Below, piece by piece: positions 8,580 through 15,652 of a DNA stretch of 43,859 nt. Every line of letters starts with the position of its first letter. Within the stretch, counting starts at the first letter, position 1. The stretch covers positions 1-43,859 of IMG/VR virus record IMGVR_UViG_2908567220_000006. One strand, given 5' to 3'. This stretch comes from a virus. Lineage: Duplodnaviria; Heunggongvirae; Uroviricota; Caudoviricetes. The position numbers and the translations under genes were made by a program. A model generated the notes under the pieces. It saw only the letters and a program-made list of their open reading frames with translations, was not told the origin of the DNA and searched no databases.

Positions 8580-9121
8580 GTGTAACGGTTGAAAAGATTG
8601 ATGTGTTGTCATTCGTTATAACCGGTGCAGAGCGACTAGATCCGGTTAGAGTGATGATTGAAAACTACGAACCCGGTAAGGGAAGAATCACCATCACCTG
8701 CTACGGAAAAGCGTGGACTGCGGCTTGGTTTGCTATGGGCGGTGATGATGTGCAGACGTTCATTAAGCGGGTCAGCAACGAGTATCTAATCGGCTATTTC
8801 GACCCACAACTGCGAAGCACTGTCGACGATGACAACGATGCAAATCTGCTTTTCGTGAAGTCAGAAATCATAAAGTTACGAAGAGAGAGAGAAATAGACG
8901 CCGTACTGGCTCGCGAAATGTGGGACGAGGCGGAAAACGCCGATGACGTAAAAGAAAGCTGCTGCTGTTTCGGCGTCGGTAACAAACTACTGAATCTCTT
9001 TGGTGATGATCCGTGGTATGCCGACTGGCCAACGGTACCAAACCCGAAATACCAGTATCTGGAACGCGTACTTAATGCAGTGAGAGACGGTCTTAAGCAA
9101 ATAGAGAAGGTGGAACCATGA
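8576..9121 (+). CDS. hypothetical phage protein
   Basis: 181 aa; start overlaps upstream stop. Confidence 0.5.
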   Translation: MSVTVEKIDVLSFVITGAERLDPVRVMIENYEPGKGRITITCYGKAWTAAWFAMGGDDVQTFIKRVSNEYLIGYFDPQLRSTVDDDNDANLLFVKSEIIKLRREREIDAVLAREMWDEAENADDVKESCCCFGVGNKLLNLFGDDPWYADWPTVPNPKYQYLERVLNAVRDGLKQIEKVEP

Positions 9122-9417
9122 CTGTATGTCTTATTGATAAACGTCGACGTGGGCAACAAATACCATCTGTTGAAATGCCGAATCACACATGGTTTTGCGT
9201 ACTTGATATCGATGGTATGGATGCGTTGGTTGACACTCGTCATTACTGCGATACCGCAACAGCTACTCCGGCGAAAGCAAAGAAAATGGCTGCTCTGATA
9301 GAAAACTGGACTCCACCTGATGGTTGGTGCAATGGGAATGATCGAGATTGGCACGAAAAAATTAAGGGCTATATCTGCGATTTTTTACGTAAATGCAACG
9401 GATTCAGGGTGATGTGA
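9118..9417 (+). CDS. hypothetical phage protein
   Basis: 99 aa; start overlaps upstream stop. Confidence 0.45.
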   Translation: MTVCLIDKRRRGQQIPSVEMPNHTWFCVLDIDGMDALVDTRHYCDTATATPAKAKKMAALIENWTPPDGWCNGNDRDWHEKIKGYICDFLRKCNGFRVM

Positions 9418-9480
9418 CATGAGCGAAATTGACTATCAGGCTTCAATTGCCGCAGGCATTCGCATCAAAGAAGGTGAGTA

Positions 9481-9657
9481 ATGCGTGCGGCATGTATCGG
9501 CTTGTTACCGTACCCGACTCGTTTTTGGGCTTCTGCGCTAATTGCAAAGCCACATGTCCTGATGGCTGACAACATCATCCCGGCACCAAAGCGCCGCCAT
9601 ACCGGTATTGCAGCGGCACGACGAGCAGCAAAGAGACGCAGGAGAGCAAAGCGATGA
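9481..9657 (+). CDS. small basic hypothetical protein (58 aa)
   Basis: Own translation MRAACIGLLPYPTRFW...RRAAKRRRRAKR; ATG overlaps stops on both sides. Confidence 0.3.
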   Translation: MRAACIGLLPYPTRFWASALIAKPHVLMADNIIPAPKRRHTGIAAARRAAKRRRRAKR

Positions 9658-9830
9658 AAAACCGTAAGGCAAAACGACTTTTTTTACAGCGACCTGTGCG
9701 TGTGGTGGAGCTGGTTATTAGCAACCATAAGATAGCGGTACTCCATCCATTTGGTCAGGTGGCTTTTGCCGCAAAGCGTAAGCCTACTGCGTCACAGAAC
9801 AGGCGGAAGAAAGGGTACGCAGTAAGATGA
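9654..9830 (+). CDS. small basic hypothetical protein (58 aa), paralog of next gene
   Basis: Own translation MKNRKAKRLFLQRPVRV...; shares the MKNRKAK N-terminus and start context with the gene at 9827. Confidence 0.35.
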   Translation: MKNRKAKRLFLQRPVRVVELVISNHKIAVLHPFGQVAFAAKRKPTASQNRRKKGYAVR

Positions 9831-10015
9831 AAAACCGTAAAGCAAAGATTCTGTTAGTTCGTAGAAACGCTCCTGGCGTCTGGCAGTGGGTGAGACTCAG
9901 CAACCGACGGATGGGGTTGATGAAATATTACGGGATGATGGATTGTGGTTTTTGCAAAAAGTCCAGCGCGGCGCAAAACCGCTGGAGAAACCATTTGCGC
10001 ACTAAAGGAGAGTGA
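9827..10015 (+). CDS. small basic hypothetical protein (62 aa)
   Basis: ORF-track protein MKNRKAKILLVRRNAPG...; ATGA overlap with the upstream paralog. Confidence 0.4.
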   Translation: MKNRKAKILLVRRNAPGVWQWVRLSNRRMGLMKYYGMMDCGFCKKSSAAQNRWRNHLRTKGE

Positions 10016-10017
10016 TA

Positions 10018-10226
10018 TGGCTATTGCCGCAAGTTACACCATGCATCTCTATTGTGACTGCCGCCAGTGTACGGAAGGTGTATATCCAGTGCCAGACTTC
10101 GGTGAGTATATCGGTACGTCATGGTCTGGTTGTGCAAAAGAGGCCCGTAAAGACGGGTGGCGAATAAGCAAAGACAAAACTCGTGCTTTTGCGCCAGGGC
10201 ATAAAGTTTTAAGGATTAACAAATGA
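10018..10226 (+). CDS. small Cys-rich hypothetical protein
   Basis: Start taken at MAIAASYTMHLYCDCRQC, which has a GGAG SD upstream. Confidence 0.45.
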
Positions 10227-11191
10227 CCACTATTACCAGAGAAAACGCGGAAATTAAATCATTCATCACTGGTTTCCTGAGCGACCCGGCGCACGATAAC
10301 CAATCTACAGACAGCCTGCTTGCCAATGTGTTTCGTATCGCACAGGCATCGCTGGAAGCAGAGCCTATTGGTGAAGTTTCAGAGAAGCGATATGGCCTTG
10401 TTATGGATGGAACGGTAGACCTTGGCGGGAAATCAACTTATCGCATCATTAAGGGAGAAAAAGCGATGAAGTTGTTGCCGTTGGGGACGAAGTTTTATAC
10501 CGCACCGCCAGCGCCGGTAATACAGGCTGATATCGCGCAAGCAATTGAAAACCTAAAGCAAAAGTTAGTGGAATGCAATCGCTATAACTACTGCGCAGAT
10601 GCAGTTAAAGGTGTTGAGGATGCCAGCCGCGTCTTGGCACTCCAATATCAAAATATGTCAACGCCGATAACGCCGGAGGCCATTGAAAACGCAATTGAAT
10701 ACATCCGCAGTATCGCTTTTCACATCGATGAAGACGATTACCACGGCAAGCATATTGCGTATTTCATGCGACAAGCACTGGCCTGGCTGGAAGGGCATTC
10801 ATGCAGCGACGACAGACTGGGTAAAGCCGAGAATCAAACAGTACACGGCAACCAGGCTGCCGAATCCAATCGCGGTAATGAGTGGACCGGCAATCCTGAT
10901 ATTGATAACGCAATCATCATGCTCGACCGCATAGATACGCTGGAAAGTTGCGATGATGACCGTATTGAGGCTGTTAAGGCTGTTTTGCGTAGACTGGCTG
11001 GCAACTCTCCGGTAACTCCGGATGGTTGGGTTATGGTGCCGAAGGAGTTAACCCCGGAAATGATGAGAGCCGTTCAGATTAGAAGTGAGCTTGGAGGGTA
11101 TGCCACTTCCAATCTATCTGGTGCATACAATATGTTTTCTGAGTTCTGGAATGTTGCTGTCTCAGCTGCGCCTAAGGTTGATGATTTATGA
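10223..11191 (+). CDS. hypothetical phage protein (322 aa)
   Basis: Long ORF in operon; no motif assigned. Confidence 0.55.
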   Translation: MTTITRENAEIKSFITGFLSDPAHDNQSTDSLLANVFRIAQASLEAEPIGEVSEKRYGLVMDGTVDLGGKSTYRIIKGEKAMKLLPLGTKFYTAPPAPVIQADIAQAIENLKQKLVECNRYNYCADAVKGVEDASRVLALQYQNMSTPITPEAIENAIEYIRSIAFHIDEDDYHGKHIAYFMRQALAWLEGHSCSDDRLGKAENQTVHGNQAAESNRGNEWTGNPDIDNAIIMLDRIDTLESCDDDRIEAVKAVLRRLAGNSPVTPDGWVMVPKELTPEMMRAVQIRSELGGYATSNLSGAYNMFSEFWNVAVSAAPKVDDL

Positions 11192-11490
11192 ATCTATATC
11201 GCTGCCCATTCTGTGGTTCCACTGTGCTTAACATCGGATACTCATTCAGTATCAGAGGGAAAATGCGCTATGTGTCATGCAAATGTGGTGCCCAAGGACC
11301 AGAAAAACGAACTAAATCTGAAGCGATTTCTTCATGGAATAGTCGAATGAAAGTATGGGTTTATGATCCAGAAACCATATTAAACGCTGAAGAGCGCAGG
11401 AGAACGGAAGTCTATATTCATAACCTTAATGAAGATGGATTTACACCAGTGCTTGTAAAGGCTACTCCGCAGGAGGTTAACCGTGGCTAA
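11188..11490 (+). CDS. Lar-family restriction-alleviation-like protein (zinc ribbon)
   Basis: N-terminal CPFCGS...CKC motif as in Lar-family proteins. Confidence 0.5.
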   Translation: MNLYRCPFCGSTVLNIGYSFSIRGKMRYVSCKCGAQGPEKRTKSEAISSWNSRMKVWVYDPETILNAEERRRTEVYIHNLNEDGFTPVLVKATPQEVNRG

Positions 11491-11764
11491 CCTTCAACTT
11501 GCCGTCAAAGGTGAATACTTCGATGCCATGATTCGAGGAGAGAAAACGGAAGAGTATCGCCTGTGTAATAACTATTGGAATAAGCGAATTATGTTCCGGG
11601 AGTATGACCGCCTGATTATCACAAAGGGATATCCGAAGCGTGACGATTCCAGCCGCAGAATTGACGTTCCGTATGGCGGCTATGAAATCAAGACAATCAC
11701 ACATCCGCACTTCGGCGATAAACCGGTAAAGGTGTACGCGATAAAGGTGAATATTGATGGCTAA
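11483..11764 (+). CDS. ASCH/PUA-like domain protein
   Basis: LAVKGEYFDAMIRGEKTEEYR pattern resembles ASCH-fold proteins. Confidence 0.45.
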   Translation: MANLQLAVKGEYFDAMIRGEKTEEYRLCNNYWNKRIMFREYDRLIITKGYPKRDDSSRRIDVPYGGYEIKTITHPHFGDKPVKVYAIKVNIDG

Positions 11765-12095
11765 ATCAGCAGCAGAGCGCAAAGCCGCTCAGAGAGCCAG
11801 ACAAGCTGCATCTGGTGTGCGTAAGCTGGAAATTGTGCTTGATGCTCAGGAAATTGAAATGCTGGAGCGTAACTGTGCCACGCGTCGCCCCGGGCGTGCG
11901 CCTTACGAATTTGGTGAGTATATAGCGTTACTGATCCGCCAGGATGATGCACGCGTGCGCGGGCGTATAAAATCGATCAGCAGAAAATGTTGCGGTAAGT
12001 GCGGCGAGAGAGTTCCAGTTAATTCATGCCCGTGTAATGGTGACTCGCAATGCTGGGTGACTAAAGGCTGGCATGAAACGAAATTAATAGTGTGA
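11754..12095 (+). CDS. Cys-rich hypothetical protein; candidate late-gene regulator
   Basis: C-terminal CCGKCG...CPCNGDSQC cluster; last gene before a terminator and the terminase operon. Regulator role is inference from position only. Confidence 0.45.
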   Translation: MMAKSAAERKAAQRARQAASGVRKLEIVLDAQEIEMLERNCATRRPGRAPYEFGEYIALLIRQDDARVRGRIKSISRKCCGKCGERVPVNSCPCNGDSQCWVTKGWHETKLIV

Positions 12096-12144
12096 CATGT
12101 CACGAGTAGATTATGCATGATGAATTTGATGGGTTTTGAATACT

Positions 12145-12170
12145 GCCGCCAACTATGGCGGCTTTATTTT
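12145..12170 (+). terminator. intrinsic terminator upstream of terminase operon
   Basis: GCCGCC-AACTAT-GGCGGC hairpin followed by TTTATTTT. Confidence 0.5.
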
Positions 12171-12181
12171 GCATGGTACTA

Positions 12182-12214
12182 TTACCACAACGGTAACTAT
12201 TACCACGGTGGTTA
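12182..12214. promoter_or_regulatory. palindrome pair immediately upstream of small terminase start
   Basis: 12182-12196 perfect TTACCacaacGGTAA; 12200-12214 TTACCacggtGGTTA overlapping the SD. Confidence 0.5.
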
Positions 12215-12216
12215 TG

Positions 12217-12810
12217 ATGCCTGCTGAACCTAAAACCTATAAACGCAAATCAACGCAATTTAAGCCACTAACAGCAATGCAGGAGGCTTATTGCCAGTCA
12301 TACATCAAAACGCCTGAAAACCAGACTCAGGCAGCGATTAACGCAGGATTCTCCCCAAATACAGCGGCAGTTAAAGCCAGTGTCATGATGCGCGATGAAC
12401 GCATTCAAAAACGGATTGCCGAGTTGATGGAGGAGCGCAACAAACGAATGCGCGTCAGTGCTGATTACGTTCTCATGCGCCTGGTGGAGATCGACCAGAT
12501 GGACGTGATCGACATCCTCAACGACGATGGGAGCCTTAAACCAATCCGTGAGTGGCCGAAAATCTGGCGCACTACGCTTAGTGGCTTTGATCTGTCATCG
12601 ACCATCATGAACATGAACGAGGATTCGATAGAGACAATCCTCAAAAAAATTAAATGGCCTGACAAGGTGAAGAACCTTGAGCTGATTGGTAAGCATGTTG
12701 ATGTCAACGCGTTCAAAGAACGTCTGGATGTTAATGTGAATGTGACAATTGCTGATCGCATAGCAGCAGCCAGGAAGCGACTCAAAGAACGTCAGGATGG
12801 TAATCAGTGA
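12217..12810 (+). CDS. terminase small subunit
   Basis: Start at MMPAEP with GGTGG SD; about 197 aa, directly upstream of and overlapping the large terminase. The ORF-track start at 12136 would read through the operator copies. Confidence 0.7.
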   Translation: MPAEPKTYKRKSTQFKPLTAMQEAYCQSYIKTPENQTQAAINAGFSPNTAAVKASVMMRDERIQKRIAELMEERNKRMRVSADYVLMRLVEIDQMDVIDILNDDGSLKPIREWPKIWRTTLSGFDLSSTIMNMNEDSIETILKKIKWPDKVKNLELIGKHVDVNAFKERLDVNVNVTIADRIAAARKRLKERQDGNQ

Positions 12811-14282
12811 CAGATACAGCGTTATCTCCTGAAGAGCAGTTGATCGAGGATATTGCAGGGTTCACTCACGATCCGCTTGGCTATGCCCTCTATGCGTTCC
12901 CGTGGGGGGAAGAGGGGACTGAACTGGCACATGCCACCGGCCCACGTCAGTGGCAGGCTGATGCGTTCCGAGAGATACGTGATCACCTGCAGAATCCAGA
13001 GACGCGCTATCAGCCGCTTATGCTGGCACGCGCTTCTGGTCACGGTATTGGTAAATCCGCATTCATCTCAATGCTGATCAACTGGGGCATGTCCACTTGC
13101 GAGGATTGTAAGGTCGTGGTGACCGCCAACACCGACAACCAGCTACGAACGAAGACCTGGCCGGAAATTATCAAGTGGTCGAACCTTGCTATCACGAAAG
13201 ACTGGTTTACCTGTACCGCTACCGCGATGTACAGCAATGATCCTGGACACGACAAGCGGTGGCGAGCTGACGCAATACCCTGGTCTGAGCACAACACTGA
13301 GGCATTCGCCGGACTACACAACGAGCGCAAACGCATCATCGTGGTATTCGATGAAGCGTCGAACATTGCGGATCTGGTGTGGGAAGTTGCCGAGGGTGCG
13401 CTAACGGACGAAGACACTGAGATTATCTGGGTGGCGTTCGGAAACCCGACGCGTAATACCGGACGTTTCCGCGAATGTTTCCGCAAATATAAACACCGCT
13501 GGAAAACTGCGCAGATTGACAGCCGGACGGTGGAAGGCACCAACAAACAGCAGTTGCAGAAATGGGTTGATGACTACGGGGAAGACAGCGACTTCGTAAA
13601 AATCCGTGTGCGCGGCATATTCCCTGATGCATCTGAATTGCAGTTTATCCCTACCGGTCTTACTGACGAGGCAATGAAACGGGTGGTAACTGCTGCGCAG
13701 GTGGCACATGCTCCGGTGATAATCGGCGTTGACCCTGCATACTCCGGTGTTGATGACGCGGTGATATACCTGCGGCAGGGGCTGCACAGTAAGGTGCTGT
13801 GGACCGGCAACAAGACCACTGACGATCTGATTATGGCAAAGCGTATCGCTGACTTTGAAGACCAGTATCAGGCTGACGCGGTGTTCATCGACTTCGGTTA
13901 CGGTACCGGGCTGAAGTCAATCGGTGACGGTTGGGGGCGCACATGGCAACTTGTTCCGTTCGGTGGTGCGTCCACTGACCCGCAGATGCTTAACAAGCGT
14001 GGGGAGATGTTCAATGCATGCAAGACATGGCTGAGGCTGGGCGGCATGCTGGATGACCAGGAAACAGCGGACGAACTGTCGGCGGCAGAGTACAAAGTTC
14101 GCGTGGACGGTAAAATCGTTATCGAACCGAAGGAAGATATCAAGGAGCGGCTTGGGCGTTCGCCGGGTAAAGGCGATGCGCTACTGCTGACGTTTGCTTT
14201 CCCGGTGTCGAAGCGTCTGCGAATTCCCGGTCAGCAGAACCAGCAAGGCAAGGCCATTACAGATTACGATCCCTATGCTTAA
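12807..14282 (+). CDS. terminase large subunit
   Basis: 491 aa; Walker-A-like ARASGHGIGKS; GTG start overlapping upstream stop. Confidence 0.85.
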   Translation: MTDTALSPEEQLIEDIAGFTHDPLGYALYAFPWGEEGTELAHATGPRQWQADAFREIRDHLQNPETRYQPLMLARASGHGIGKSAFISMLINWGMSTCEDCKVVVTANTDNQLRTKTWPEIIKWSNLAITKDWFTCTATAMYSNDPGHDKRWRADAIPWSEHNTEAFAGLHNERKRIIVVFDEASNIADLVWEVAEGALTDEDTEIIWVAFGNPTRNTGRFRECFRKYKHRWKTAQIDSRTVEGTNKQQLQKWVDDYGEDSDFVKIRVRGIFPDASELQFIPTGLTDEAMKRVVTAAQVAHAPVIIGVDPAYSGVDDAVIYLRQGLHSKVLWTGNKTTDDLIMAKRIADFEDQYQADAVFIDFGYGTGLKSIGDGWGRTWQLVPFGGASTDPQMLNKRGEMFNACKTWLRLGGMLDDQETADELSAAEYKVRVDGKIVIEPKEDIKERLGRSPGKGDALLLTFAFPVSKRLRIPGQQNQQGKAITDYDPYA

Positions 14283-14333
14283 TCCTCTGGAGGGGATAAT
14301 GCTGCTGATATCCTCTGGTGAGGATAAAACAAA

Positions 14334-14359
14334 GCCAGCTCATCGGCTGGCTGTTTGTG
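14334..14359. terminator. bidirectional hairpin between terminase operon and convergent moron
   Basis: GCCAGC-TCATCG-GCTGGC stem flanked by T-rich tracts on both strands. Confidence 0.45.
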
Positions 14360-14372
14360 ACATGTCACGGTG

Positions 14373-14729
14373 TTATTGCTCGCTTAACTTCTGCTTCAGC
14401 AAGTAACCTTCGAGCATCCAGATTTTGTTTACAGCATTCTGCCGGGCAATCTTCCGACCAATTTCTGCATCAAAATTTTCCGGACTTGCACAGGCACTCT
14501 CTCCGGTGACGGTGAAGCCATTCTTCAGTACCAATACGCAGAAAGTCAGGAGGTCTGTAGATTTATGCGCTGTCCATGAATCGCCAACGCCCATATTGGC
14601 AGCACGAATGCCGTCATAAGCAGTAAAGAAATGCTCTTCAAGAATGATGCTTTCGATATATTGAGGCGTAACTCGCGGAGCGGTTTTGCCTTTCTCAACG
14701 ATTTCTTTTTCGATTTGCTGGTCGTTCAT
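14373..14729 (-). CDS. hypothetical protein, reverse-oriented moron in the late region
   Basis: 118 aa; AAGGTGAG SD; opposite strand to all flanking structural genes; a weak resemblance to small phage Gp49/Sf6 gp66-like proteins is recalled but unverified. Confidence 0.5.
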   Translation of the reverse strand: MNDQQIEKEIVEKGKTAPRVTPQYIESIILEEHFFTAYDGIRAANMGVGDSWTAHKSTDLLTFCVLVLKNGFTVTGESACASPENFDAEIGRKIARQNAVNKIWMLEGYLLKQKLSEQ

Positions 14730-14740
14730 AATCTCACCTT

Positions 14741-14764
14741 AAAAAAATGCCCGGCGAACCGGGC
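14741..14764 (-). terminator. intrinsic terminator immediately upstream of moron gene
   Basis: GCCCGG-TTCG-CCGGGC hairpin followed on the minus strand by TTTTTTT, about 10 nt before the gene's SD. Confidence 0.6.
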
Positions 14765-14840
14765 GAACTGGAAGCAATGAGTTATGCCTTCCGTGGCTGT
14801 ACTGGTTTACAGCATGAAGTCATCGCAATGGCGTCCTGCT

Positions 14841-14884
14841 GTAAAAAGGGCGGTGATAGTCCTTCAAGGGAAACCATCACCGCC
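14841..14884 (-). terminator. intrinsic terminator downstream of tRNA-Arg
   Basis: 9-bp stem GGCGGTGAT/ATCACCGCC followed on the minus strand by CTTTTT, about 45 nt after the tRNA 3' end. Confidence 0.55.
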
Positions 14885-14927
14885 AAGCACCTGGAACTTC
14901 TGGCATCACGGTCCTTAGGCGTGATTC

Positions 14928-15004
14928 TGGCGTGGCATGCAGGATTCGAACCTGCGACCAACCGCTTAGAAGGCGGTTGCTCTGTCCAGCTGAGCTAATG
15001 CCAC
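14928..15004 (-). tRNA. tRNA-Arg (anticodon UCU)
   Basis: Manual fold of the reverse complement: 7-bp acceptor stem GTGGCAT/ATGCCAC, D-arm GCTCAGCTGGACAGAGC, anticodon stem ACCGC/GCGGT with loop CTTCTAA, T-arm GCAGGTTCGAATCCTGC, discriminator G plus CCA. Acceptor stem differs from my recollection of host argU. Confidence 0.9.
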
Positions 15005-15326
15005 AACGCTGAGAGCACTTAGCCTGTTAAGGCGCCACACTTTGTCGCGGCTCCATAAATGCTCTCATCGTTGTGCCCTCGTCTCTTCCGAGGCGTCACA
15101 CCGAATCGCCGGGATGGTGAATCCCCGTGCGCGGAATAAAACCGCTCGACTTGCACATTCCGGCTACCTGGTTCGTTTGCCCGAGCAAGGGAGGGTGCCC
15201 CTTAAACGTATCCAGACCGCTATCGGCGCATGTGCCATACGCCGTACTGCTCAAAATAAAAGTTCACTCCACCTGTTCAATTTAACGACAAGCCAGTCAG
15301 GTTAATAACCGGAATGAACCCTTTGC

Positions 15327-15341
15327 TTACCTGAAAGGTAA
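15327..15341. promoter_or_regulatory. palindrome copy upstream of portal/head operon
   Basis: Perfect TTACCtgaaaGGTAA about 90 bp upstream of the first ORF of the head operon. Confidence 0.5.
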
Positions 15342-15431
15342 TAATTTGTGCGTTAAATGTCAACTGTCTACGATAAATAAATCATATGTGGTTAAATTGG
15401 TAATAATTTAATTGCGTACGGAGTCATTGAT

Positions 15432-15638
15432 ATGTGCATGGGTAGCTCACCATCAGTGCCTGCAACACCAGAAGTTCAGGCAGCACCACAGGAGCAGGAT
15501 GCCGCCGTTGTTGATGCCCGCGACGAAGAAACTCGTCGCCGTCGCGCTGCTGCTGGTCGTAGTTCTACGCTGCTTACCGGTTCTCAGGGCGACACATCAA
15601 CCGCTAATACCAGCGGTAAAACGCTGCTTGGTCAGTAA
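15432..15638 (+). CDS. small hypothetical protein upstream of portal
   Basis: 68 aa; GGAG SD; its start context cggagtcattga is repeated before the portal start. Confidence 0.4.
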   Translation: MCMGSSPSVPATPEVQAAPQEQDAAVVDARDEETRRRRAAAGRSSTLLTGSQGDTSTANTSGKTLLGQ

Positions 15639-15652
15639 CCGGAGTCATTGAA

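Noticed and set aside
12091-12104. CRP binding site at TGTGACATGTCACG
   Set aside because: The TGTGA and TCACA half-sites are separated by 4 bp, not the 6 bp required for CRP; a second identical copy at 14356 argues for a phage-specific element.
12136-12216. ORF-track start at 12136 for the small terminase (N-terminus TITTTVTITT)
   Set aside because: That extension would be translated through the terminator-like hairpin and the operator copies; the ATG at 12217 has a proper SD and gives a typical small-terminase length.
15005-15326. A second tRNA or the 87-aa ORF 15042-15305 in the gap next to tRNA-Arg
   Set aside because: No GTTCGAATC-type T-loop with matching acceptor stem could be folded by eye, and the ORF has no ribosome-binding site and an Arg/Ser-rich non-protein-like translation. 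Kept only as a possible non-coding RNA region.
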